Below are positions 27,420 through 37,110 of a DNA stretch of 64,000 nucleotides, piece after piece (positions within the stretch are counted from its first letter, which is position 1; each line of letters opens with the position of its first letter). Both the position numbers and the translations under genes were made by a program. This DNA comes from Chloroflexota bacterium (GTDB lineage Bacteria > Chloroflexota > JAJPGV01), in NCBI GenBank assembly GCA_050695655.1, contig JBOGTU010000264.1:35-64034 (forward strand). The letters run 5' to 3'. The notes under the pieces are model-generated. The model did not search any database, had not been told where the DNA came from, and saw only the letters and a list, made by a program, of their open reading frames with translations.

Positions 27420-28469
27420 ATGAAACTTGCCACCTTCCAGCTCGACACGGCCGCCGGTCCAATCCGCCGCATTGGCGTCGTTATCGATGACGGCCCCAGT
27501 CCGCTGATCGCCGACTTGACCAGCGCGTATGCAGCGTATCTGGAGAGCGAGACTGACGAGCCGACGCCACACGATCTCGCTGCCCTCAGGACGCCGCCGG
27601 ACATGATTGGCTGGCTGCGCGGTACCCACAAGTCGCGCGAGGCGGCCGACCAGGCGCTGGCGTTTGTGAAGAAGCGGCTCCAGCAGGACCAGCGGCCGCG
27701 GGGTTCGCGCGGCGAGCAGCTGGTCTTCCCGCGATCGGAGGTTCGGCTGCTGGCGCCGGTACCGCGGCCGAACTCTCTGCGCGACTTCTCGATCTTCGAG
27801 ACGCATATGAGTAAAGCCCGCGACTTGCCAGCGCCCAAGCCGGCACACTGGTTCCGAAAGCCGCCCTACTATAAGGGCGACCCGGACACCATCCTCGGCC
27901 CGGAAGACCCCTTCCCTTACCCCTCATACACCGACATGCTCGACCTCGAGTTCGAGATCGGTATTGTGGTCGGTAAGGGCGGGATCAACCTATCGCCCGA
28001 GGAAGCCAAGCAGGCCATCGCCGGCTACACGATCTTGATCGACCACAGCGCCCGCGACCGGCAGCGCGACGAGTTCCTGGGCCCGACCAAGGCCAAGGAT
28101 TTTGGTACTACCCTCGGGCCGTACCTGGTGACGCCGGATGAGGCGGACGAAGGCAACCTGAAGTGCCGCTTCCTCGTGGATGGCGAGGTATGGTGGGAAG
28201 GCAGCACAGCCGAGCCGCGTTCCTTCCTGGCACATCACCTGGTGGCCTATGCCTCCGATCAGGAGAGGCTGTATCCGGGCGACCTGCTGGGCACGGGCAC
28301 CATCGGCATGAGCTGCTCCATGGATACCAAGCGCTGGATCAAAGTTGGCCAGACGGCGCGTTTCGAAGTCGATAAGCTTGGCGCCCTGGAACAGAAAATC
28401 GTGGCGGTGCAGGGATCTGACTACGCCCGCGATGGCCTGGACGGCCTGCTGAAAGCGCCGGAGGCGTAG
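27420..28469 (+). CDS. fumarylacetoacetate hydrolase (FAH) family protein, paralog 1
   Basis: FAH-fold regions (DLEFEIGIVVGKGG, PGDLLGTGT); start at MKLATFQLD. Confidence 0.85.
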   Translation: MKLATFQLDTAAGPIRRIGVVIDDGPSPLIADLTSAYAAYLESETDEPTPHDLAALRTPPDMIGWLRGTHKSREAADQALAFVKKRLQQDQRPRGSRGEQLVFPRSEVRLLAPVPRPNSLRDFSIFETHMSKARDLPAPKPAHWFRKPPYYKGDPDTILGPEDPFPYPSYTDMLDLEFEIGIVVGKGGINLSPEEAKQAIAGYTILIDHSARDRQRDEFLGPTKAKDFGTTLGPYLVTPDEADEGNLKCRFLVDGEVWWEGSTAEPRSFLAHHLVAYASDQERLYPGDLLGTGTIGMSCSMDTKRWIKVGQTARFEVDKLGALEQKIVAVQGSDYARDGLDGLLKAPEA

Positions 28470-28479
28470 CAGAGCAGCC

Positions 28480-29652
28480 GTGACCAAGTCCGGTGTCGCG
28501 CTGGGGACGTTGGTCGACCGCGCTCGGGCCATCGGACCGGAACTGCGCGCGGCTGCCAACGAAGCCGGCGACCTGCGCCGCTTGCCGGATCGTTCGATTG
28601 CGGCCATCCGGGAGGCTGGTCTCTTCCGAGTCTTTCAGCCGGCCCGTTACGGCGGCTTTGAACTGGACTACGGCACCACACAGATCGAGCTGGCCAAGGC
28701 CATTGGCCCGGCCAGCGGATCGGCCGCTTGGGTCCAGAGTGTGGTCGCTTGTCACGCCTGGGTAGCTGGCATGTATCCGAAGGCTGCTCAGGATGCGATT
28801 TGGGGTGAGGACCCCGATGTGCTGGTAGCGTCGGCCTTTGGACCAAGCACTGGGCGTGGAAAGCCAGTGGACGGTGGCTACTGGCTGGAAGGTGAGTGGG
28901 AGTTTTCCAGTGGAGTTCATGCCTGCGATTGGATCATTCTGAATGCGCCCATCATCTCCGGTACGGGTGGGCCGCAGGACCTGCGCTTCTGCCTGCTCCC
29001 GCGCGCGGACATCGAGATTCTGGATACCTGGCGCAGTTCCGGCCTTCGCGCAACCGGCAGCCATCACGTACGCGTGAAAGGCGCCACCGTACCCGCGGAC
29101 TTCTCGCTCGACACGGGCCTGGCCGAGGGCCAGCGAGCGCCGGGAGCGGCCGTGAACGACTCGTATCTCTACCGCTTGCCTTTGTGGACCGCCTTTCCTT
29201 TTAACATCGCCGCGCCGGCCATCGGCATCGCTCGCGGGGCCATCGCCGCCTGGGTCGAAGCTACCAAGCCGCGGCCCGACCGCGCCAGCATGCCCACGCG
29301 GCAGGTTCGGCTGGCGGAAACATGCGCCGAGGCGGACGCAGCCGAGGCGCTGCTGAGGAGTGACGCGGCGCAGCTCAAGGCCATGACGCTGGCCAGCGAG
29401 CCTATTCCTGGCGAGCTTCGCGCCAAGTGCGGACGCGACCTCAGCTACGCCGCCCAGTTGTGCATGCGCGCGATAGACCGCTTGATGGGGGCCGTCGGCG
29501 CCCATGGCTTGAGCGACGACAGCGCCATTGCCCAGGCGAGGGCCGACGTGTACGCTATCGTCAACCATGTGGGGCTCAACTGGGATGCCTCCGCGGCTCG
29601 CTACGGCGCCACGCTTCTGGGCGTTGATGCCAGGCCGGGGGCTCATCCTTAA
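28480..29652 (+). CDS. acyl-CoA-dehydrogenase-fold flavin-dependent monooxygenase oxygenase component (HsaA/HpaB-C2-like), paralog B
   Basis: GTG start; AAIREAGLFRVFQPARYGGFE...WEFSSGVH; collinear with paralog A. Confidence 0.85.
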   Translation: MTKSGVALGTLVDRARAIGPELRAAANEAGDLRRLPDRSIAAIREAGLFRVFQPARYGGFELDYGTTQIELAKAIGPASGSAAWVQSVVACHAWVAGMYPKAAQDAIWGEDPDVLVASAFGPSTGRGKPVDGGYWLEGEWEFSSGVHACDWIILNAPIISGTGGPQDLRFCLLPRADIEILDTWRSSGLRATGSHHVRVKGATVPADFSLDTGLAEGQRAPGAAVNDSYLYRLPLWTAFPFNIAAPAIGIARGAIAAWVEATKPRPDRASMPTRQVRLAETCAEADAAEALLRSDAAQLKAMTLASEPIPGELRAKCGRDLSYAAQLCMRAIDRLMGAVGAHGLSDDSAIAQARADVYAIVNHVGLNWDASAARYGATLLGVDARPGAHP

Positions 29653-29785
29653 GGCCGTGCGAGGCAGCATCGACCGCTTCGTCGCGAGTTGCATGGGCCG
29701 TCCCAGGTGTCGGCTGGGCGCCGTTTCGAGCCCTCCCCGAAGCCCGCGGTAAAGCGTCTTTCACTTTCGTTTAGGAGGCAGCTTC

Positions 29786-30791
29786 GTGGCAAATGTCCAT
29801 TTTGTCGGCAGCGTCGCGCTGGACACACCCGAGGAAGTGTTCGCCGCCATCGGCCGGCACTGCGGACCCCATCTCAAACGTGTGCCTGACGGCGAGCCGG
29901 GGCGGGCGCCGGCTGTGGATCAGCTGGCAAATCCCAGTCCTGCGCGCCAATCCCGCTATGGAGCAGGTTGGCCCTGGCCAGGTGCCCCTCAAGCTGGCTG
30001 GCGGCGTAAAGGCGGCGGACATCCATTTTGGCGAGCTTGGCTACGCCCGGGAAGCCAGGCCCTCCTACGAGGATTTCGTGGCGGCGCGCGCAGCCGGCCA
30101 GCTTCCCGCCGGCGTGCGCTTCCAGGTGTCGCTGCCGACGCCGTGGGCGGTGGTCATGCCCTTCGTGCAGCAACCGGACGCGCAGCAGGTCTACCCGGCC
30201 TACGAAGCCGCCATGCTGAAGGAGGCCGAGCGCATCTGCAAGGCCATTCCGCACCAGGACCTGGCCATCCAGTGGGACGTGTGCATCGAGATGGTCGCCT
30301 GGGATGGGCGGGCCGAGAATCAGAGGCCATTTCCGGGCATGGAGCAGGTCTTCGCGGCAAACTTCGCCCGCCTCGGTGCTGCTGTCCCGGCGGACGTCGA
30401 ACTGGGCTTTCACCTGTGCTACGGCGACCTGGACGCCAAGCACTTCGTGCAACCGGAAGATGCGACCAAGATGGTCGAGATGGCCAACCTGATCGCTCGC
30501 TCCGTTGAACGACCGATCGTCTGGCTGCACATGCCCGTGCCCATGGACCGCGGCGACGATGCCTTCTACGCACCATTACGCGGACTGCGGCTAGGTTCGA
30601 ATACAGAGCTGTACCTGGGACTTGTCCACGCGCAGGATGGGGTGGAGGGCACCACTAAGCGCATGGCCGCGGCCCGAAAGTACGTGCCGGATTTCGGGAT
30701 CGCGTCCGAGTGCGGCATCTCTCGGGGCCGCGATCCTGACCTGGCCTTGAAGTTCATCGAGACCTACGCTGGGGCCGCCACGACCGGGTAG
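29786..30791 (+). pseudogene. MetE-like (UROD/MetE superfamily) catalytic-domain protein with an apparent +1 frameshift near 29890-29935
   Basis: Frame 1 (MANVHFVGSVALDTPEEVFAAIGRHCGPHLKRVPDGEPG...) is protein-like for about 40 aa. Frame 2 then carries the rest, including zinc-ligand motifs FHLCYGD and SECGIS. Switch point is in a G-rich run (ccggggcgggcgccgg). Could be a sequencing error, a real pseudogene, or an internal start at MEQVGPG (29958). Confidence 0.55.
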
Positions 30792-30900
30792 TACGTGCCG
30801 ATGTCTCAGGTGTGGATTTCCGACCCGCGGCTGCACATCGATTGCTCGGATGGCTGGTATACAGCCAACGCATTTGTGTCCGCGGCGATTGCCGAGTAGC

Positions 30901-31896
30901 ATGCGATGCGAAATGGCTGCATCTGCGAAACCGTTTGTGATTGCCCTGGAAGAGCACTACTCGGACCCGACCACGGCCCAGCGCCTCGCTGCTCGCACGG
31001 GCGCTGCGGCCGGCGTGGGCGGGCCCCTCGCTCAGCTGGCCCCTCTCCTCAACGATGTGGACGATGTGCGGCTGCGTTCCATGGACGAGGCGGGCATCAA
31101 CGTGCAGGTGCTGTCCCACATGTCGACGGCCCTCCAGCAGGCGGATAGCGGCTTGGCCCTCGACCTGGCCTGTGAAACCAACGATAGACTGAAGGCGACG
31201 ATCGATCGCCATCAGGACCGCTACGGAGGCTTCGCCGCCCTGCCCATGCAAAGCCCCGAGAGGGCGGCAGATGAGCTGGAGCGCTGCGTCACCAAGCTTG
31301 GCTTCAAAGGCGCCATGATCTGGGGCCGCACGCAGGAGAAGTGGCACGACCACAAGATGTTCTGGCCGGTGTTCGAGCGCGCCCAGGCGCTGGACGTGCC
31401 CATCTACCTGCACCCGGGCCCACCGCATCCCAAGATGGTTGAAGCGTTCTACGGGGACTACCTGGAGGACTTCCCGTTCCTCAATTCGGCTGCCTGGGGC
31501 TACACCATCGACACCGCGAACCAGGCCCTGCGGCTTGTTTTGAGCGGACTATTCGAGGCCTACCCACGGCTCAACATCATCCTTGGTCACCTGGGAGAAG
31601 CTCTCCCCTACCTGGTGGACCGCATCGACGAAGCCATCAACCGGCCAGGCAGTAAGAGCATCGCCTTCAAGGACATCTTCTGCCGCAACTTCTACATCAC
31701 CACCAGCGGCTTTTTCTCGACGCCCGCCCTCATGTGCGCGCTGATGGAGATGAGCATCGACCACATCCTGTTCTCGGTGGACTACCCGTTCGTCGAGAAC
31801 TTGCCCGGCATGAAGTGGATGGAAACGGTGCCGCTGGCTGCCGCTGACTACGAAAAGCTGTGCAACGGGAACGCCCGGCGTCTGTTGAAGATGTAG
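30901..31896 (+). CDS. amidohydrolase-2 family metal-dependent hydrolase/decarboxylase (ACMSD/LigW/LigI-like)
   Basis: ALEEHY N-terminal metal site, HPG and ILGHLGE motifs, and a C-terminal DYPF motif, all typical of PF04909 TIM-barrel enzymes. Confidence 0.85.
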   Translation: MRCEMAASAKPFVIALEEHYSDPTTAQRLAARTGAAAGVGGPLAQLAPLLNDVDDVRLRSMDEAGINVQVLSHMSTALQQADSGLALDLACETNDRLKATIDRHQDRYGGFAALPMQSPERAADELERCVTKLGFKGAMIWGRTQEKWHDHKMFWPVFERAQALDVPIYLHPGPPHPKMVEAFYGDYLEDFPFLNSAAWGYTIDTANQALRLVLSGLFEAYPRLNIILGHLGEALPYLVDRIDEAINRPGSKSIAFKDIFCRNFYITTSGFFSTPALMCALMEMSIDHILFSVDYPFVENLPGMKWMETVPLAAADYEKLCNGNARRLLKM

Positions 31897-32841
31897 TTAC
31901 GGCAGGCCGGCGGCGGTCTCGCGAAAGAGCGAACGCAGCCAGATGTGTGCCGGATCGGCCGTGTGGCGCGGGCTCCAATAGATGCCGTCTATCAGGTCGG
32001 GGATGTCGAAAGGCAGCGGCAGGATGCGCAACGCGGCGGAATGGCACAGCCATTCGGCGAGCCGCCGCTGGAGCACCGCCAGCGCGGGCGTGCCTTCGAT
32101 GAGGAACGGCATCAGGACGAAGTTGTCCACGGAGGTGATGTATTTGCGCTCGATGCCAACCGCGGCCAGGCGCCTACCCAGGTAACTGTTGATGGGGGTC
32201 TGGCTGCCGCCGAGCAGATCCACTATGTGCGGCAGCGATTCAAACGTTTCACGCGTCAACTTCTGGCCGATGGCCCGGTTGTCCGACCAGGCAACGCACA
32301 CCCAGCTGTCGCACAGGATGGTCTCATGCGGCAGATCCAGGGTCTGCTGCTGGTTAGGCGAATCGGTAGGCAGGATGGCCAAATCCAAACGTCCATTGCG
32401 CAGCAGATCACTGAGGTTGCCCTGCAGCGGTTCCAGGCGCAGGCGGACGCCTGGAGCTTCGGCGGCCAAACGCCGTAGGAGCGGCCTGACCACCACAGCG
32501 GCCACATAGTCTGAGGTCGCCACCGTGAACTCGCGTTCGGCCGCTTCGGGATCGAACGTCGGACGCTCTTCCAAAAGATCGCTCACCTGCTGCAGCGCGT
32601 GGCGCAGCGGCTCGATGAGCGCCTGCCCTTCCGCGGTCAGCTCGTAGCGCCGGCCTACTCGAACCATCAGCTCGTCGTGCAGCAGGCGGCGGAGACGCTG
32701 CAGTGCATTGCTCATGGCCGGCTGGCTGAGCCCAATGCGTTGGCCTGCCCGCGTGACGTTGCGCTCGTTCAGCAGAGCATCGAGTGCCACCAGCAGGTTC
32801 ATGTCCATCTGGGCCAGGTTCAGCGGCACGATGGCAGGCAT
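31897..32841 (-). CDS. LysR family transcriptional regulator
   Basis: HTH (MDMNLLVALDALLNERNVTRAGQRIGLSQPAMSNALQRLRR) plus a LysR substrate-binding domain. Start at internal M; the upstream part of the ORF is R/P-rich. Confidence 0.85.
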   Translation of the reverse strand: MPAIVPLNLAQMDMNLLVALDALLNERNVTRAGQRIGLSQPAMSNALQRLRRLLHDELMVRVGRRYELTAEGQALIEPLRHALQQVSDLLEERPTFDPEAAEREFTVATSDYVAAVVVRPLLRRLAAEAPGVRLRLEPLQGNLSDLLRNGRLDLAILPTDSPNQQQTLDLPHETILCDSWVCVAWSDNRAIGQKLTRETFESLPHIVDLLGGSQTPINSYLGRRLAAVGIERKYITSVDNFVLMPFLIEGTPALAVLQRRLAEWLCHSAALRILPLPFDIPDLIDGIYWSPRHTADPAHIWLRSLFRETAAGLP

Positions 32842-33021
32842 TATATCTACGAGGAAGATGCCTCGGCTGGGACCATACATTGGTGTGATTCTGCCGTTCC
32901 AGCTGCCACGGTCTCCTGGTTGCTGCCTACGACACACAGGCTTCGAGCGCCCACGCTTCGGCCGTGGAAGCAGGGGCAGCCGGGCACTTCGCAAAGAGCC
33001 CCGCTGGCGGTGGCCGCGGGG

Positions 33022-33984
33022 CTAGGTAGCCGGCAGCAGCTTGCCGGCGTCTTGTGGGCGGTGGCGGCGGACGGCGTCGTGGTGGGTGGAGTCCTCACCC
33101 ATGTAGATGCCGCGTTCCCAGGTGCGCTTCAGTGGGTCGCGCACCGTTACCGAGAACTCGCCGATGCCGTGGATGAGCATGCGCAGCGTTTCGCCGTCCT
33201 GAATCGGGCCGAGCCCTTCATGGTTGGTGCCGCAGGCGATGAGGTCGCCGCTGCGCAAGGTCATGCCGCGGCTGGCGTACTCGATGAGCTCTGGGACACG
33301 GTGCTCCATGTCGTCGGTGTTGTAGTTGTGCCGCAGTTGGTCGTCATCCCAGAACTGCACCCACAGGTCGTTCGGGTCCGCTATTTCGTCCGCCGTGGCG
33401 ATGCACGGGCCGATGGGGCAGAAGGTATCGAATGACTTGCCCAGCCACGTCCCGCGGCCCCAGGTGGAGCGGCCCTCGCCCCGGCCAGTGCCGTCAATGT
33501 AGCCGGTGTACCCAAACACGGCACTGCGCCAGTTCTCCTGGCTCACACGTTTGGCCGGCCCCTTGAGGACGATGCCCAACTCGGCTTCGTGCATGAACAT
33601 CCACGGCACAGTGAAGGCGGGCAGCTCGACGTTGTCGCCTGGGCCGATGATGGCATCCGGATTCTTGAGAAACATGTTGAGCGGGCGCGGCTCGCGTTGA
33701 GCGTGCTCCCAGTAGTTGGCGATGCAGGCCAGGATCTTGCTCGGCCGCGGCAACGGCGCCCGTAGTCGCACGGTGGATAGGGGCAGAGCCGGACCCGCGG
33801 CAATGGCTTGATTGAAGCGTGGCCGCAGCTCCTCGAAGTCATCGATGATGTGCTCCATCGTCTGTTGCGGCGTGTTGCCTCGCGGTGCGATGGCGGCCAG
33901 GTTCACCACCGCGCGGCCGCCGTCCACCAGCGCACCTGGTAGCGTCACACCACCCGGACCCGATTCAAACAGGGCGAGTTTCAT
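33022..33984 (-). CDS. FAH family protein, paralog 2
   Basis: 320 aa; FAH-fold motifs (HEAELGIVLKGPA, GDLIACGT). Confidence 0.85.
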   Translation of the reverse strand: MKLALFESGPGGVTLPGALVDGGRAVVNLAAIAPRGNTPQQTMEHIIDDFEELRPRFNQAIAAGPALPLSTVRLRAPLPRPSKILACIANYWEHAQREPRPLNMFLKNPDAIIGPGDNVELPAFTVPWMFMHEAELGIVLKGPAKRVSQENWRSAVFGYTGYIDGTGRGEGRSTWGRGTWLGKSFDTFCPIGPCIATADEIADPNDLWVQFWDDDQLRHNYNTDDMEHRVPELIEYASRGMTLRSGDLIACGTNHEGLGPIQDGETLRMLIHGIGEFSVTVRDPLKRTWERGIYMGEDSTHHDAVRRHRPQDAGKLLPAT

Positions 33985-34850
33985 GTCGCGGCACCTCCTC
34001 CGGCCACCAGGGCCGCTGCCCGAACACCGACTGAAAGGCGGCCAATATCCTCGATCTCGACGTCTGCCCGATCGCCATCGTGCAGCTCACCGGCGTCCTG
34101 TTCGGAGCTGCCCAGCAACACTATGTCTCCGCTGTGCAGCGTCATGACGGTGGTGATGAAGGCGATCTGCTGGCCAATGTCGTAGTCGGCCGTGGCGAAG
34201 GTGAAATCCTGGCGCGGCTGGCCGTTCAGAAACGAACGGAGGTGCAGGTTGGCTGGTTCGGCGAACTCGTCGGCCGTGACGATGCACGGCCCAAGCGGGC
34301 ACAGCGTGTCCGATTTGGCCACCCACAGATCTCGGCCGAAGGCCGGGCTCTGGCCACGGGCCGCCACGTCGATAGCGCAGCTGAAGCCAAACACAGCGCT
34401 GCGCCAATCTTCGGCGGCCACGCGCTTGGCCGGCCCCTTGATGATCGCCGCCAGCTCGGCCTCCGGCGACAGCTGCCACGGCTCGAACGTGTCCGGCAGC
34501 TCGATATCATCGCGCGGTCCAATCACGCACTCGGCTGTTTTCAAGGTCATCAGCAGCGGCTCCGGTGAGGTGTTGCGTTCGGCCCGGCAAACGCTCGTGC
34601 TGCTGAGGATTTTGCCGGGCCATGGGATCGGCGCGTGCAACTGGACCAGGTCCAGTGGCAGCTTTTCGCCGCTGCCGCCCAGGCGCTCGATGGATCGCTT
34701 CAACGTCTCGAACCCTTCGATGATGGTGAGCATGGCGGCCCGAGGCGCCCTCACCGCCGGAACCAGTTCGGCCAAACTGACGACGCCGTCGTCCAGAAGC
34801 AGGCCGGGAAACACCTCCGACGTTCCGCGACTGAAGATGACCAGCTTCAC
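33981..34850 (-). CDS. FAH family protein, paralog 3
   Basis: 289 aa; collinear with paralog 2 (PEAELAAIIKGPAKRVAAEDWRSAVFGFS...). ATGA overlap with the downstream paralog. Confidence 0.85.
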   Translation of the reverse strand: MKLVIFSRGTSEVFPGLLLDDGVVSLAELVPAVRAPRAAMLTIIEGFETLKRSIERLGGSGEKLPLDLVQLHAPIPWPGKILSSTSVCRAERNTSPEPLLMTLKTAECVIGPRDDIELPDTFEPWQLSPEAELAAIIKGPAKRVAAEDWRSAVFGFSCAIDVAARGQSPAFGRDLWVAKSDTLCPLGPCIVTADEFAEPANLHLRSFLNGQPRQDFTFATADYDIGQQIAFITTVMTLHSGDIVLLGSSEQDAGELHDGDRADVEIEDIGRLSVGVRAAALVAGGGAAT

Positions 34851-35215
34851 TGAGGGTTAGCTTTCGTTGGGGTAGAGCAGGCCAGCGGCATTATGGTGCA
34901 CCATGCGGTCTGCATCCTTCTCGGTGAGTGGCGCCGGTTGAGCCCTGAGCGACGGGCTCGAATTCCAGGTCGATGGGAGCGCGGTTGAGTACCGAACGGC
35001 TGAGCATGCCCCCGCGTGCACGTGTGACCGACACGGGACGGCAGTGAGCGTGAACGTCAACAATCACGAGGCACTTTCGAGGCATTATGCCACGGGTTAG
35101 TCCCGCGTTCGTGGCTCGGTTGGAGACGCCACGGCCATCCGCGAGCCGGCGGAGCCCGCCAGTGAGCATGGCCGCGACTGATTCCCGATTGGTCAGACCA
35201 ACATGTGTTGGTCTG

Positions 35216-35509
35216 ATGCGTTATGCTTGGAGCGTGACTACGCGGCGGTACAAGTCAATCGGCGTCTACCAAGCGAAAACGCATCTCCCTCAGCTGATCG
35301 ATGAGATATCGGATGGCCAAACTACCGTGGTCATCACACGGTATGGCACCCCCGTGGCCGTTCTCGAGGCGCCAGCGGGCGGACCGAAGGGGCAAGACCC
35401 GGTATCGCGAGCATGTAGGGCAGCAGTTGCCTGGGATGCCTTCGGCTCCGACATCAGACTCGGCAGCGATACTTCGATCACGGCGCTCATCGAAGCCGGT
35501 CGAGATTAG
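35216..35509 (+). CDS. type II antitoxin, Phd/YefM family
   Basis: KSIGVYQAKTHLPQLIDEISDGQTTVVITRYGTPVAVLEAP is the Phd/YefM signature. Stop is 10 nt before the toxin GTG. Confidence 0.8.
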   Translation: MRYAWSVTTRRYKSIGVYQAKTHLPQLIDEISDGQTTVVITRYGTPVAVLEAPAGGPKGQDPVSRACRAAVAWDAFGSDIRLGSDTSITALIEAGRD

Positions 35510-35519
35510 CTCCGAGGAC

Positions 35520-35924
35520 GTGCTCGTCGTGGATAACTCTGTCACTGTGTGCTGGCTGTTCGCTGACCAGGCGACTGACTACACGCGGGCGGTTCGCGAA
35601 CACGTGATTGAGCACGGCGCAAATATGCCGGTCTTGTGGCGACTGGAAGTTCTGAACGTGATCGCCGTGGCGGAACGCCAGCGCAAGATTTCCAGCGTGC
35701 AGGGTGACCGGTTCCTGGAATTGCTGGCTGCCCTGGCTATTGTGGTCGAAGACTTGCCTTCGTCGGAACGCACGTTGGCCTATGCAGGCCAGCACCAGTT
35801 GTCGGCATACGACGCCACGTACCTTGCCTTCGCTGTCGCTCATCGCCTCACGCTCGCCACCTTGGATGGCGGACTCATGCGTGCAGCTGAGGCCATAGGA
35901 CAACCACTGTTCAGCCTGACCTGA
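35520..35924 (+). CDS. type II toxin, VapC (PIN domain)
   Basis: GTG start; (M)LVVDNSVTVCWLF...E...AYDATYLAFAVAHRLTLATLDGGL carries the PIN acidic quartet. Confidence 0.8.
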   Translation: MLVVDNSVTVCWLFADQATDYTRAVREHVIEHGANMPVLWRLEVLNVIAVAERQRKISSVQGDRFLELLAALAIVVEDLPSSERTLAYAGQHQLSAYDATYLAFAVAHRLTLATLDGGLMRAAEAIGQPLFSLT

Positions 35925-36051
35925 GCAGCGTCGGATCAGACTGACGTCATGCTCCAAGATGGGAAGCGATGGGCGTCGGTGTCGGCTTTCATTGATATCG
36001 CCAGTGATGCGTTGGGCGTGGAGGCTAAAGCCAGCAGCCGATACAAGCGCG

Positions 36052-36696
36052 TTACCCGGTGGGGACGCGCCGTTCGCGGCCGATGCGCACAATACGCATG
36101 AAGTACTCTTCCGAGTCCACGTAATAGGGATTGCGCTTGATGTATTTGCCGACGATGGCCAGTGGGTGCAGCTTCAACAGCTCGACCACGATTTCGCCGG
36201 GCAGCTTGGCGTAGTTGTACTGCACCACGATGACCACGGGCGAGTTCTGGAACGAGAACACCGCGTCCGCCGCGGCCTCGTACTTGAGCACTTGAGATGG
36301 CGTAGCCGCGCCATCCGTCAGCCAGGACATGTCGATGGCGCCGCGGGCGGCGTTCCAGCCCTCCTTCTGGGAGCGGGCGATGAAGCTCTGATGGTGCGAC
36401 AGCAGGAAGTAGGGGTCGAACCGCCGATTCTGGAGGAAGGACTCGCGGTCGTCCAGAAACACCAGCTGGCCACGGTCCATGGCGGCCGCTACATCAATGC
36501 CCAGCTGCGCGCAGGAGGCTTTCAGCTCTTCGATGATCTCGTTGGGGCCCGCGTAGAAGCACTTCTCCCGGCTCTCCAGCGCGGTTTGGAACAGCGACGC
36601 GGTGACATTGACGACTTCAGAGACTTTGTTGTACAGCTGACAGATGTGCGATCCCTGCTTGATGTGCTCTGTCTTGTTTTCGACCTGAAGTTCCAA
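36052..36696 (-). CDS. MEDS-domain protein (DcmR-like sensory domain)
   Basis: HICQLYNKVSEVVNVTASLF matches the MEDS H-x-C-x-x-Y signature; about 214 aa; TTG start. Confidence 0.55.
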   Translation of the reverse strand: MELQVENKTEHIKQGSHICQLYNKVSEVVNVTASLFQTALESREKCFYAGPNEIIEELKASCAQLGIDVAAAMDRGQLVFLDDRESFLQNRRFDPYFLLSHHQSFIARSQKEGWNAARGAIDMSWLTDGAATPSQVLKYEAAADAVFSFQNSPVVIVVQYNYAKLPGEIVVELLKLHPLAIVGKYIKRNPYYVDSEEYFMRIVRIGRERRVPTG

Positions 36697-37110
36697 TTGC
36701 CGTCTCTGCCCCTTGTGAAGGCTGGAAGTTTGGTCGGGCGGCCACTAGCGGCCTTCCGCTATGCCCCAACGCATGTCGTCGAGCTCAATTGGACCCTGGA
36801 AGGACTTTCCTGAAGAGGACCAATCGTGGAGTCAGCCACAGTAATACCATAAAGCCGGCATCGCCCACTTGAGAACCCATACCCACGCAGAGTCATACGC
36901 GGTTGTGGCACGTTTGTGACGCGGGCGACGATGGGTTCTCCACCAGCCGGCCTGGAAGCGTGGGCCCACAGCCGCTGGCGGCGGTGCCAGGGCGTACGCT
37001 TGCGGCCAGCACCGCCGCTGTTCGCGCGAACTGGCCACATACCGGCGCCCGGGCTCGGGCTTCTCGCGCGGATGCGCTGGAGCTCCCAGCGGCCGCTAGG
37101 TTCGTGCCAC

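Noticed and set aside
28339-29694. 451-aa minus-strand ORF antisense to the FAH and second HsaA-like genes
   Set aside because: Antisense-frame artefact with P/R/G/A-rich composition; the plus-strand genes have strong homology signatures.
36760-37110. Possible tRNA or small RNA in the 400-bp gap between the MEDS gene and sucD
   Set aside because: No cloverleaf-compatible conserved tRNA boxes found (TTCGAATC/GGTTCGA T-arm seen but no matching acceptor/D-arm). Only a GC hairpin at the sucD stop was seen.
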